DNA of 64,000 nucleotides from contig CAVVYR010000007.1 in assembly GCA_963752475.1 (NCBI GenBank), positions 608,570-672,569 on the forward strand, given 5' to 3'. Within the stretch, counting starts at the first letter, position 1. Every line of letters begins with the position of its first letter. The stretch is from an uncultured Chloroflexia bacterium. Its GTDB lineage: Bacteria > Chloroflexota > Limnocylindria > Limnocylindrales > CSP1-4. Position numbers and translations under genes: made by a program. Below the pieces are notes generated by a model. That model was given only the letters and a program-made list of their open reading frames with translations, had not been told where the DNA came from and did no database searches. Of this stretch, positions 23,398 through 33,055 are shown piece by piece.

Positions 23398-23709
23398 ATG
23401 AGCATCGACCCCACCGAGTGGCGCTCAGAAGACACGAGCGACCTCCTCGACACCATCCTGGAGCTGCCCGACCGCGCCGCGGCCGAGCGTTTCTTCCGCG
23501 ACCTCTGCACCCTTCGTGAGCTGCACGACCTGGCACAGCGCTGGCACGTCGTGCGCCTGCTCGACGCTGGACACCCCTACGCCGAGATCAGCCGCACCAC
23601 CGGCGCCAGCACGGCCACGGTCACCCGCATCGCACAGTGGCTCAACCACGGCACCGGCGGCTACCGCGACGCACTCGACCGACTGAACACCGAGGAAACG
23701 AACAAGTGA
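23398..23709 (+). CDS. TrpR-like YerC/YecD family regulator (putative HisR)
   Basis: FFRDLCTLREL..LAQRW and YAEISRTTGASTATVTRIAQWL..GTGGY. First gene of the his operon. AGGAG SD. Confidence 0.88.
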   Translation: MSIDPTEWRSEDTSDLLDTILELPDRAAAERFFRDLCTLRELHDLAQRWHVVRLLDAGHPYAEISRTTGASTATVTRIAQWLNHGTGGYRDALDRLNTEETNK

Positions 23710-24608
23710 TCGCCGACGAAGGACGTGTGACCGCCTTTCCGGGCTCCGAGTCAGGCCGGCTTCGGCTGGCCATCCCCAACAAGGGCCGCATGCAGGGCCC
23801 CTCACTGCAGCTGCTCCACGATGCCGGGCTGCAGTTCGAGGACGGCACACGTGCCCTCACCGCCTCGGTCGAGGGCTTCCCGCTCGACATCCTCTTCGTG
23901 CGCACCGACGACATCGTCGAGTTCGTGGCCGATGGCGTGGCCGATCTGGGCATCACCGGCACCAACCTGCTCTTCGAGGCCGGGGCCGACCTCGACACGC
24001 TGGCTGAGCTGGGCTACGGCTACTGCCGCCTGGAGGCCGCCGTACCCAACGAATCACAGGCGCAGGCACTCGAGGACCTCGCTGGGATGCGCCTGGCCAC
24101 CAGCCATCCCAACGCCACCGAGAAGGTCTTGGCCGCGCGTGGTATCGAGACGACGCTGGTGAACGTGTCCGGTGCCGTCGAGGTGGCGCCCACGATGGGC
24201 CTCGCCGACGGTGTCGTCGATCTCGTCTCGAGCGGTTCCACGCTCAAGATGAATGGCCTTCGCTCGGTCGGCCCGCTGCTGGCCAGCCAGGCCATCCTCG
24301 TCGCGCGAAAGGACCTCACGCCGGCGGCGGCGGCGATCGTCTCGGAGGTGCGCACGATGATCGAGGCGGTCATCGCGGGCCGGGGCGTGAAGTACCTGAT
24401 GATGAACGCCCCCGACGAGTCCCTCGAGGCCATCGAGGCCATCCTGCCCGGGCTCGAGTCGCCGAGCGTGTTGCCGCTCGCGCACGAGGGCATGCACGCC
24501 GTGCACGCCGTGGTGGGCGCTACCGACGTCCACCGCATCCTCGTCCCGCTCCGTGATGCCGGTGCCACCGGCATCCTCGTCATCCCCGTGGAGAAGCTCC
24601 TGCCATGA
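23706..24608 (+). CDS. hisG: ATP phosphoribosyltransferase, long form
   Basis: LAIPNKGR, VRTDDI, GAVEVAP, DLVSSGSTLKMNGL, plus a C-terminal regulatory domain (LPGLESPSV). Confidence 0.95.
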   Translation: MIADEGRVTAFPGSESGRLRLAIPNKGRMQGPSLQLLHDAGLQFEDGTRALTASVEGFPLDILFVRTDDIVEFVADGVADLGITGTNLLFEAGADLDTLAELGYGYCRLEAAVPNESQAQALEDLAGMRLATSHPNATEKVLAARGIETTLVNVSGAVEVAPTMGLADGVVDLVSSGSTLKMNGLRSVGPLLASQAILVARKDLTPAAAAIVSEVRTMIEAVIAGRGVKYLMMNAPDESLEAIEAILPGLESPSVLPLAHEGMHAVHAVVGATDVHRILVPLRDAGATGILVIPVEKLLP

Positions 24609-25936
24609 CCGACACCGCCGCACCGACGCTGCGCCGCCTCGATCTCGCGACCGCGGGCGACGCCGAGCGCCGCGCCCTGACCGACCGGGCTTCGACGGCC
24701 ACGCCAGACATCCGCGCCAAGGCCCGCGCCATCGTCGACGCCGTGCGCGAGGGTGGCGATGCCGCCCTGCGGGACGCCAACGCCAGGTTCGGTGGTGGAC
24801 TCGTGGAGCCGGCTGATGCACCGGCCCTGCGTGTCCCGCTAGAGGACCTGCGCGCCGCCCGGGATCGCCTGCCGACCGAACTGCGTGAGGGCCTCGAGCA
24901 GATGGCCCGCAACATCGAGTCCTTCCACGCGGCCGAGGTGCCGCCGTCCGAGCAGTGGGTGGAGACGGAGCCCGGCGTGAACGTCGGGCGCGTGTGGCGC
25001 GGCCTCGATCGCGTCGCCGCCTATGTCCCCGGTGGAACCGCCGCCTACCCGTCATCGCTGCTGATGAGCGCCATCCCGGCCCGCCTCGCGGGCGTGGGCA
25101 CGTTCGTCGTGGCCAGCCCCGCCGGCGAGGGTGGCGCCCTCTCCCCCGCCCTGCTCGGCGCTGCCGGCCTGATGGAGGTCGAGGAGTTCTGGGTCATGGG
25201 CGGCGCGCAGGCCGTCGGCGCCCTCGCCTACGGTACCGAGTCCATCGGCCGCGTCGACAAGATCGTCGGGCCCGGCAACGCCTGGGTCACTGCGGCCAAG
25301 CTGGAAGTGCTGGATTCGGTGGCCATCGATATGCCCGCCGGTCCGACCGAGGTCATGGTCGTAGCCGACGACACCGCCGATCCGGTGCACGTCGCCGCCG
25401 ACATGCTGAGCCAGGCCGAGCACGGTGCCGACTCGCCTTCTCTGCTGGTCACGCCGTTCGCGGCCCTGGCCGATGCGGTCGAGGCCGAGATCGCGGCCCA
25501 GCTGCCGACGCTGCTACGGCGCGAGATCCTGGCGCAGGCCGTTGATGCAGCCGCGACCGTGGTCATCACCGCCGACATCGATGAGGCACTCGCCTTCGCC
25601 GACGAATACGCGCCTGAGCACCTCTCGTGCGTGGTGGCCGATGAAGACGCGGCGCTGGCGAAGCTCAGCCACGCCGGTTCGCTCTTCCTCGGCGCCTACG
25701 CGCCCGAGTCCGCCGGTGACTACGCCGCCGGTTCCAACCACGTGCTCCCGACCGCCGGTGCCGGCCGGGCCTACAGCCCGCTGGGCGTCGAGTCCTTCGG
25801 CCGCTGGATGCAGGTCAACCGCGTCACCCGCGATGGGCTCGCCCGCATCCTGCCGGCCGTGGCCGCGGTCGCCGAGGCGGAGGGACTCACCGCCCACCGT
25901 CGCGCGGTCGAGATCCGTTTCGAGGACCGGGGCTGA
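24605..25936 (+). CDS. hisD: Histidinol dehydrogenase
   Basis: YVPGG, GGAQAV, VGPGN, DMPAGPTE, SQAEH, APEHL, GSNHVLPT. Confidence 0.97.
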   Translation: MTDTAAPTLRRLDLATAGDAERRALTDRASTATPDIRAKARAIVDAVREGGDAALRDANARFGGGLVEPADAPALRVPLEDLRAARDRLPTELREGLEQMARNIESFHAAEVPPSEQWVETEPGVNVGRVWRGLDRVAAYVPGGTAAYPSSLLMSAIPARLAGVGTFVVASPAGEGGALSPALLGAAGLMEVEEFWVMGGAQAVGALAYGTESIGRVDKIVGPGNAWVTAAKLEVLDSVAIDMPAGPTEVMVVADDTADPVHVAADMLSQAEHGADSPSLLVTPFAALADAVEAEIAAQLPTLLRREILAQAVDAAATVVITADIDEALAFADEYAPEHLSCVVADEDAALAKLSHAGSLFLGAYAPESAGDYAAGSNHVLPTAGAGRAYSPLGVESFGRWMQVNRVTRDGLARILPAVAAVAEAEGLTAHRRAVEIRFEDRG

Positions 25937-25937
25937 C

Positions 25938-27056
25938 ATGTCGCTCGAGACGACGGAGGCGCTGGTCGCCTCGTCCAACGTCTACACCTGGGAACCGCCC
26001 AACCGCGTCATCGCAGCGCGCTACGGGCTCGACCCTGCGGACATCCTGCGCTTCGACACCAACACCAGCCCGGCGGTGCTCTCGTACCTGCCCGATGCGC
26101 TGGAGGGGCCGTGGGACCCGCCCCTGCACGAGTACCCCGACTCCACCTATGCGGAGCTGGCGGAGGCCGCCGCGGCCTACGTCGGGGCCGAGCCGCTCGA
26201 GATCCTCGTGGGTTGTGGCGCCGACGAGGTCCTCGACATCATCGCCAAGACGCACCTCGCGCCCGGGCAGCGCTCGGTGGTCCCGACACCGACGTACTCG
26301 ATGTACGCGGTGCTGAGCGGCCAGCGCGATGCCGAGGTGATCTCGGTGGCGCGTGGGCCTGACTACCGCCTGGACGTCAAGGCCATGATCGCGGCGCTCC
26401 CGGGCGCGGGGGTGGTCTGGCTCTGCGTCCCCAACAACCCCACGGGGACCCCGGAGTCCCGCGACGACCTCGCGGCCATCCTCGAGGCCGGCGCGGCACT
26501 GCCCGATGGCGGGCCCGCCATCGTCGTCGATGAGGCCTACATCGAGTTCCACGGGACGTCGCTGGTCGACCTGCGCCAGGACTACCCTGCGCTCATCGTC
26601 GTGCGCACGCTGAGCAAGGCCTTCGCCCTGACCGGCCTGCGCATCGGCTACTGCGTGGCCTCGCGGGCGACGATCGAGCGGCTCGAACGGGTCCGCCCGC
26701 CCGGATCGCTCAACACGCTCTCGGCCAAGGCCGCCGCGCGTGCCCTGCGCCAGCCAGAGCTGGCCGCCGCCAATGCCGCTGCCCTGGGTGACGAGCGCGA
26801 GTGGCTCGGCACCCAGCTCACCAAGGCGGGCTTGCCGCCGGTCCCGAGCGTGACCAACTTCCTGCTCTGCCGCATCGGCAGCCCATCGGAGGCGGACCAG
26901 CTCAACGAAGCCCTACTGCGCGGTGGCATCGTCGTGCGCACCTTCGGGCCCGACAGCCCGCTCGCGGGCCACCTGCGCTTCACGGTGCGGAACCGTGAGC
27001 AGAACCAACGATTCCTGCAAGTCATCGAGGCCTGGTCGGCCGGGAGGTCAGCATGA
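25938..27056 (+). CDS. hisC: Histidinol-phosphate aminotransferase
   Basis: YPD, GADE, PNNPTG, DEAYIEF, RTLSKAFALTGLRIGY. Confidence 0.94.
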   Translation: MSLETTEALVASSNVYTWEPPNRVIAARYGLDPADILRFDTNTSPAVLSYLPDALEGPWDPPLHEYPDSTYAELAEAAAAYVGAEPLEILVGCGADEVLDIIAKTHLAPGQRSVVPTPTYSMYAVLSGQRDAEVISVARGPDYRLDVKAMIAALPGAGVVWLCVPNNPTGTPESRDDLAAILEAGAALPDGGPAIVVDEAYIEFHGTSLVDLRQDYPALIVVRTLSKAFALTGLRIGYCVASRATIERLERVRPPGSLNTLSAKAAARALRQPELAAANAAALGDEREWLGTQLTKAGLPPVPSVTNFLLCRIGSPSEADQLNEALLRGGIVVRTFGPDSPLAGHLRFTVRNREQNQRFLQVIEAWSAGRSA

Positions 27057-27664
27057 GCGAAGCACGGACGGGCGAACGCGTCCGCGAGACCAGGGAGACG
27101 CGCATCGCGGTGAGCGTGAACCTCGACGGCACCGGCGAGGCGGTCATCGCCACCGGCGTGGGCTTCTACGACCACCTGCTGAGCTCGCTCTCGCACCACT
27201 CGCTCATCGACATCGAGGTCAAGGCCGTGGGCGACACCGAGATCGACGACCACCACACGGTCGAGGACGTGGCCCTCGCGCTTGGCGGCGCCATCAGCGA
27301 TGCCCTCGGTGATCGTGCCGGCATCACCCGCTTCGGCGAGGCGCGCGTGCCCATGGACGAGTCGCTGGCCGATTGTGCCCTCGATCTGTCAGGCCGTCCG
27401 TACGCGGTGGTCGACCTGCCCTTCCGGGCCGATCGCATGGGCGAGCTCAATGCCCAGATGGTCGAGCACGCGCTCTACTCGTTCGCGCAGGCCAGCGGCA
27501 CCACGCTGCACATCTCGGGGACGGGTCGCAACGATCATCACCTCGCCGAGGCCGCCTTCAAGGCCCTCGCGCGTGCCCTGCGTACCGCCGTGACCCCAGA
27601 CCCGCGCCGCTCCGGCGTGGCCTCCACCAAGGGCTCGCTCGAGCTCGATGGAGCGGCCGCATGA
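27053..27664 (+). CDS. hisB: Imidazoleglycerol-phosphate dehydratase (monofunctional)
   Basis: RETRET, DDHHTVED, PMDE, NDHHLAEAAFKA, STKG. Confidence 0.96.
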   Translation: MSEARTGERVRETRETRIAVSVNLDGTGEAVIATGVGFYDHLLSSLSHHSLIDIEVKAVGDTEIDDHHTVEDVALALGGAISDALGDRAGITRFGEARVPMDESLADCALDLSGRPYAVVDLPFRADRMGELNAQMVEHALYSFAQASGTTLHISGTGRNDHHLAEAAFKALARALRTAVTPDPRRSGVASTKGSLELDGAAA

Positions 27665-28311
27665 CCGAGCCCATCCGGGTCGCTGTCGTCGACTACGGCG
27701 CCGGCAACCTCATCAGCATCCGCAACGCCCTGCGGCTGCTCGGCGCGGAGGTTCGCGTGGCCGAGAGGCCCGACCAGCTCGAGGGCGCAGAGGTCATCCT
27801 CGTGCCCGGCGTGGGTGCCAGCGAGGCGGCCATGGGGCGCCTGCGGCGCCAGGGGCTCGTCGAGCCCATCATCGAGCGTGTCGGCGCGGGCACCTGGTTC
27901 ATCGGCGTGTGCCTTGGGATGCAGCTGCTCTTCGACCGGAGCGACGAGGACGGCGCTCGCATGCTTGGCCTCCTGCCGGGCGACGTGAAGATGATCCAGG
28001 ACGCCCCGAGCTTGCCGCACATCGGCTGGAACACGCTAAAGGTCGCGCGTGAGCACCCGGTGCTCGAGGGCCTGGCCGACGGCACCCCGGCCTACTTCGT
28101 GCACAGCTACGTGCCGGTGCCGGCCGACCCCGAGGTCACCATCGCCGAGACCGAGCACGGCAGCCGGTTCACCAGCCTCGTGGCCAAGGACCGCATCATC
28201 GGTTTCCAGTTCCACCCCGAGCGCTCCGGCGCCGACGGCATCGCCATGCTGCGCAACACGCTCGGGCTCATCGCGGCCGATCGACCATCGGCCGTGGAGG
28301 TGACGGCCTGA
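27661..28311 (+). CDS. hisH: IGP synthase glutaminase subunit
   Basis: DYGAGNL, PGVG, GVCLGMQ, PHIGWN, YFVHSY, QFHPERS. Confidence 0.96.
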   Translation: MTEPIRVAVVDYGAGNLISIRNALRLLGAEVRVAERPDQLEGAEVILVPGVGASEAAMGRLRRQGLVEPIIERVGAGTWFIGVCLGMQLLFDRSDEDGARMLGLLPGDVKMIQDAPSLPHIGWNTLKVAREHPVLEGLADGTPAYFVHSYVPVPADPEVTIAETEHGSRFTSLVAKDRIIGFQFHPERSGADGIAMLRNTLGLIAADRPSAVEVTA

Positions 28312-29090
28312 TGCTGCTTCGACGTGTCATCCCCTGCCTCGACGTCAAGGACGGCCGAGTCGTCAAGGGCGTCCGCTTCGTCGACCTCACCGACGAGGGC
28401 GATCCGCCCGAGCTGGCCAAGCGCTACGCCGAGGCCGGCGCCGACGAGATCTGCTTCCTCGACATCACCGCCGCGCCCGAGGGCCGAGGCACGCTGCTCG
28501 ACATCGTCGAACGCACCGCCAGCCAGGTCTTCGTGCCACTGTCGGTCGGTGGTGGCGTGCGCTCCGCACGGGAGATGCGGGACGTACTGCGTGCCGGTGC
28601 CGACAAGGTGGCGGTCAACACCGCCGCCGTCGACGATCCCGACCTCATCAAGACCTGTGCCACCCGCTTCGGCAGCCAGTGCGTCGTGATCAGCGTCGAT
28701 GCCCGCCGGCTGCCCGGCGACCAGCCCAGGTGGGAAGTGGTCGTCCAGGGTGGGCGGGTGTCCACCGGGCTCGACGCCATCGAGTGGATCGAGCGCTGTG
28801 TGGCCAACGGCGCGGGCGAGGTCCTGCTCACCTCGATCGACCGCGACGGCACGCAGGACGGGTTCGACATCGAGCTGCTGCGCACGGTCACGGACCTGGT
28901 GCACGTGCCCGTCATCGCGTCCGGTGGCGCCGGCACTCCGGCCCACATGACCGAGGCCGTCACCGCCGGCAACGCCGACGCGGTGCTCGCAGCCAGCATC
29001 TTCCACCGCGACATCCACTCCATCGACGCGGTCAAGGCGGACATGGCCGCCGCCGGGGTCCCGGTGCGGCTGACCGGAGGCAATGCTTGA
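28311..29090 (+). CDS. hisF: IGP synthase cyclase subunit
   Basis: [45 protein letters not shown]. Confidence 0.97.
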   Translation: MLLRRVIPCLDVKDGRVVKGVRFVDLTDEGDPPELAKRYAEAGADEICFLDITAAPEGRGTLLDIVERTASQVFVPLSVGGGVRSAREMRDVLRAGADKVAVNTAAVDDPDLIKTCATRFGSQCVVISVDARRLPGDQPRWEVVVQGGRVSTGLDAIEWIERCVANGAGEVLLTSIDRDGTQDGFDIELLRTVTDLVHVPVIASGGAGTPAHMTEAVTAGNADAVLAASIFHRDIHSIDAVKADMAAAGVPVRLTGGNA

Positions 29091-29779
29091 TGGGCTCCCG
29101 AAATCCCCGCGTCCTCGACCCGACCGCGATCGACTACGGTCCTGACGGTCTGGTAGCGGCCGTGGTCCAGGATGCCGACGACGAGCGGGTGCTGATGGTG
29201 GCCTGGCAGGACGCCGAGGCGGTCGAGGCCACGCTCCGGACCGGCGAGGCGCATTTCCACTCGCGCTCACGCGATGCGTTGTGGAAGAAGGGTGAGACCA
29301 GCGGCAACACGCTCGCGGTGATCTCGATGGAGCTCGATTGCGATGCCGACGCCGTGCTCATCAGTGCACGGCCGGCCGGTCCCACCTGCCACACCGAGGC
29401 CCGCTCGTGCTTCGATCTGGAGCCTGGCGCTGAGCCGATCGTGCCGGTCACCACGAAGCCCCAGGACTTCGCCTGGCTGGAACGGCTGTGGGCCGTCATC
29501 GATGAGCGCGCCCGGACCCGTCCAGAGGGCTCCTACACGAGCAAGCTGCTCGACGAAGGCGTCGATGCGACCGCCCGCAAGGTGGCCGAAGAGGCCACCG
29601 AGGTCGTGATGGCGGCCAAGGACGACGACGTCGCCCAGCGCTCAGGCACGGACCGCCCGACCGACGAGCTGGCCGGTGAGGTCGCCGACCTGCTCTACCA
29701 CTCGCTCGTGCTCTGCGCCGAGCGTGGCCTGCCGCCATCGGCCGTCATCGACACGCTGAAGGACCGTCACAAGGCCTGA
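29090..29779 (+). CDS. hisIE: Bifunctional PR-AMP cyclohydrolase / PR-ATP pyrophosphatase
   Basis: SRSR..LWKKGETSGN, DCDAD, PTCHT, then SYT, KVAEEATE, EVADLLYH. Confidence 0.95.
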   Translation: MGSRNPRVLDPTAIDYGPDGLVAAVVQDADDERVLMVAWQDAEAVEATLRTGEAHFHSRSRDALWKKGETSGNTLAVISMELDCDADAVLISARPAGPTCHTEARSCFDLEPGAEPIVPVTTKPQDFAWLERLWAVIDERARTRPEGSYTSKLLDEGVDATARKVAEEATEVVMAAKDDDVAQRSGTDRPTDELAGEVADLLYHSLVLCAERGLPPSAVIDTLKDRHKA

Positions 29780-30663
29780 GCCAACGCCTCCTCGCTGCGC
29801 GCCGGCGTGTAGTAGCGGCGGTATTCGGCCGGCGACATCGAGCAGCTGCGCTCGAAGACCTTGTAGAACTGGCTCAGGTTCGTGTAGCTGACCGCGTGGG
29901 CCACTTCGGCCACGGAGAGGTCGGTGCCGACGAGCAGCCGTTTGGCCTCGGTCAGGCGCACCTGGGTCACGTACTCCTTGAAGCCCACGCCGGTCACCTC
30001 CTTGAAGACATGACGGACCCGCGAGGGACTCACGTGCACGACCTGTGCCACCCGTTCGAGTGAGATCGGCTCGCGCGCGTGGCGGTCGATGTACGCGAGC
30101 ACTGGGCGGATGAGCTCTCGCCGTGCGGCTGCAGCACCGCCCGTGGGCAGCTGTCCGCTGCGCCGTTCACGGTTGACCAGGGCCAGTACCCGACGCAGCG
30201 TGGCGTCAGCCAGCTGGAGCTCCGACCGATCGTGGTGGTCCCACATCAGATGCAGCTCGTCGAGAGCCTGGGCCAGCTCGGCCGCGAGCGCGGTGCCGCC
30301 ATCGATGCGCGATGAGGTGGTGGGATCGTCCGGACGGAAGGCGGCAAGGTAGCCGAGGTCGAACGCGCGGCAGCCCGGTCCGGCGATGAGCTCGGACCGG
30401 AAGAGCACCAACAGGAGGCGCATGGCCTCAGCGGCCGCGGCGTGTGCGACGTGCGGCAGCGAGTTGTCGATGAAGAAGACATCGCCCGGGCCAGCCGCCA
30501 GCTGCCGCCCACCAAGCCCGAACCGACCTTCGCCCTCGAGCACGAGCGCGATCTCCAGGTGGTCGTGCCAGTGCATGGGGTCGGCCGCACCTCGCACCTC
30601 GTACTCGAGCACGGCCAGCGGGAACCCGGGATCCAGCTCCTGCTGCCAGACGTAGACGGCCAT
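29767..30663 (-). CDS. AraC-family regulator with cupin sensor domain
   Basis: HWHDHLEI cupin motif and C-terminal double HTH (FKEVTG...RLTEAKRLL...F...SPAEYR). Confidence 0.92.
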   Translation of the reverse strand: MAVYVWQQELDPGFPLAVLEYEVRGAADPMHWHDHLEIALVLEGEGRFGLGGRQLAAGPGDVFFIDNSLPHVAHAAAAEAMRLLLVLFRSELIAGPGCRAFDLGYLAAFRPDDPTTSSRIDGGTALAAELAQALDELHLMWDHHDRSELQLADATLRRVLALVNRERRSGQLPTGGAAAARRELIRPVLAYIDRHAREPISLERVAQVVHVSPSRVRHVFKEVTGVGFKEYVTQVRLTEAKRLLVGTDLSVAEVAHAVSYTNLSQFYKVFERSCSMSPAEYRRYYTPARSEEALAQAL

Positions 30664-30843
30664 GGCTGCACCGTTGCTCGTGGCAGCCGCATCGGACAGG
30701 GCCGCTTGGCGTGAAACGGGCCGGACCTCAGGACCGTGCAGCCGTTTCTGTCAGGACCGCGACCGGCTCTGGCATTGCCTCCGTCGCATGCTGGGTGGAC
30801 CATCGGCACGACGACCCTACGCAGCCACATCGGGGGGACCGGC

Positions 30844-33018
30844 ATGGCATTCCCGCACCTCTTCAGCCCCTTGCGCATCGGCGACATGGAGCTGCCCAAT
30901 CGCATCGTGCAGGTGCCCATCGACATCAGCTCGTCGCATGCCGACGGCGAGGTCAGCGAGCGCGATATCCACCACCACACCACCATCGCCAAGGGTGGTA
31001 CCGGCTTCATCATCGTGGGCGCGACCTCGCCGCACATGGCCACCGGCCGGCCCACCGTCACCTGCCTGGTCGCCGACGGCGACAACTACATCCCCGGCCT
31101 CGCCCGACTGGCCGACGCCATGCACCGCTACGGCGCCAAGTGTGCGGTGCAGCTGCAGCACCCCGGTCGTCAGAGCGCCATCCCGCGCTTCAACACCCTG
31201 GGCGCCACCGATCGCGTCCTGAAGCTGCCATGGTCGGCTGGACACGAGATCGTGTACGAGAACGCCGAGGAGAAGGGCAAGGAGATCCGGGAGGCCTCGA
31301 TCCCGGAGATCATGGAGCTGGTGGACCTCTTCAGCGAGGCCGCCTGGCGCGTGAAGCAGGCCGGGTTCGACGCGGTCGAACTGCATGCCGCGCACGGCTA
31401 CCTGCTAAGCGAGTTCATGAGCCCGTTCCTGAACATGCGCACCGACCGCTTCGGCGGCAGCTTCGAGAACCGCATGCGCTTCCCCCTCGCGGTCGTCGAT
31501 GCCATCCAGAAGAAGTGTGGGCAGTCGTTCCCGCTGCTGGTGCGCTACTCGTTCGAGGAGTGGTGCGAAGGCGGGCGTGACCTCGAGGAGGGCCTGGAGA
31601 CCGCGCGTGCGTTCGAGCGGGCCGGCGTCCATGCGCTGGATCTCTCGATGGGCATGCAGGAGAGCCCCGGCGCGGGGTTCGATCCGCCCCCCTACCCCCA
31701 GGGCTGGGCCACCTACGCGAGCGAGGCCACCAGGAAGGCGGTGGGGATCCCGGTCATCACCAGCCACTCGCTGCGTGACCCCGAGTACTGCGAGCAGATC
31801 CTGGCCGACGGTCAGACGGATCTCGTTGGCCTCGGCCGCCAGCTGCTGGCCGACCCTTTCTGGCCGGTCAAGGCGCAGCACGGCAAGGTCCGCTCCATCC
31901 GCCGCTGCATCTCGTGCCTCGGCGGCTGCTGGCAGGAATCGCTGATGGCCCAGAAGGAGATCGCCTGCTCCATCAATGCGGCGTGTGGCGACACCCGCTA
32001 TGCGGAGATGCGTCCCAGTCAGAAGCCGGTGAAGGTGGCCGTCGTGGGTGGCGGCCCGGCGGGCATGGAGGCAGCGCGAATCGCCACCGAGCGCGGCCAC
32101 CAGGTCACGCTCTTCGAGAAGCACGACGAGTTGGGCGGAGCCATGCTCTATGTCTGCCTCGTTCCGGGCAAGGAGAAGATGCGCTGGTACCTCGACTGGG
32201 TCCGTGACCAGCTCCTCGCCCTCGACGTCGACATCCGTCTCGGTCACGCCCCAGGCGTGGACGAGCTGCGCGACTACGACATCGTGCTCAATGCCACCGG
32301 CGCCAGGTCATACGTACCGGAGGTCCACGGCGACGCCAGTGCGGTCGTGCCCTTCGAGGAGGCCATGGCCTGTCCCAAGATCAGCTGCGAGTGTCACCCT
32401 GGCGCACGGCGTATGCGCAAGCTTGGTGAGCGGGTCCTGCTGTGGGGCGACAGCTATGCGGCCACTGACACGGCGGCCTTCCTCGCAGACATCGGCAAGG
32501 ACCTCACCATCGTCACCGAGAACCGCGAGTTCGCGGCCGACTGCGAGGTCATCCACATGTACGTCCTGCGCAAGCGCTTCGAGCAGGGCGACGCGGAGGT
32601 GCTGGAGTCTCGACCGTACAAGCACCCTGTGTCGGTCCTCACGAGCACGACCGTGGAGTCGATCGACGGCGGCACGGTGGTGCTGCGTGACGCGGGATTC
32701 GAGCGCACGACCATCGAGGTCGATGACATCGTGACCTGCCACACCCGGCCAGTGACGGACCTCTTCGAGGCTGCGCGCGAGGCCGGCCTGAACGTCATCA
32801 ACGTGGGTGACGCGGTCAGCGTGCGCAACCTCTATTGGGCGGTGAAGGAGGGCTCGGACTTCGGCATGGCCCTCGACGAGCACCTGCTCTTCAACAGCAA
32901 TCACGCCATCCTCGATGACCTGCCCGAGGACGTGCTGGGGCAGCTCACGCGCGAGGAAGGCCCTGGCTACACCGCGGCCCGCATGGAGGAGTTGGCCGAG
33001 GAGGCTGTCGAGGCATAG
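30844..33018 (+). CDS. NADH:flavin oxidoreductase (OYE barrel, 4Fe-4S and FAD domains; FadH/BaiH/enoate reductase-like)
   Basis: ELHAAHGYLL, NMRTDRFGGSFENRMRF, CISCLGGC...C, VGGGPAGMEAA. Confidence 0.92.
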   Translation: MAFPHLFSPLRIGDMELPNRIVQVPIDISSSHADGEVSERDIHHHTTIAKGGTGFIIVGATSPHMATGRPTVTCLVADGDNYIPGLARLADAMHRYGAKCAVQLQHPGRQSAIPRFNTLGATDRVLKLPWSAGHEIVYENAEEKGKEIREASIPEIMELVDLFSEAAWRVKQAGFDAVELHAAHGYLLSEFMSPFLNMRTDRFGGSFENRMRFPLAVVDAIQKKCGQSFPLLVRYSFEEWCEGGRDLEEGLETARAFERAGVHALDLSMGMQESPGAGFDPPPYPQGWATYASEATRKAVGIPVITSHSLRDPEYCEQILADGQTDLVGLGRQLLADPFWPVKAQHGKVRSIRRCISCLGGCWQESLMAQKEIACSINAACGDTRYAEMRPSQKPVKVAVVGGGPAGMEAARIATERGHQVTLFEKHDELGGAMLYVCLVPGKEKMRWYLDWVRDQLLALDVDIRLGHAPGVDELRDYDIVLNATGARSYVPEVHGDASAVVPFEEAMACPKISCECHPGARRMRKLGERVLLWGDSYAATDTAAFLADIGKDLTIVTENREFAADCEVIHMYVLRKRFEQGDAEVLESRPYKHPVSVLTSTTVESIDGGTVVLRDAGFERTTIEVDDIVTCHTRPVTDLFEAAREAGLNVINVGDAVSVRNLYWAVKEGSDFGMALDEHLLFNSNHAILDDLPEDVLGQLTREEGPGYTAARMEELAEEAVEA

Positions 33019-33055
33019 CTGCGATCCGTCACAGGTTCGGACGTGGAGCGCAGTA

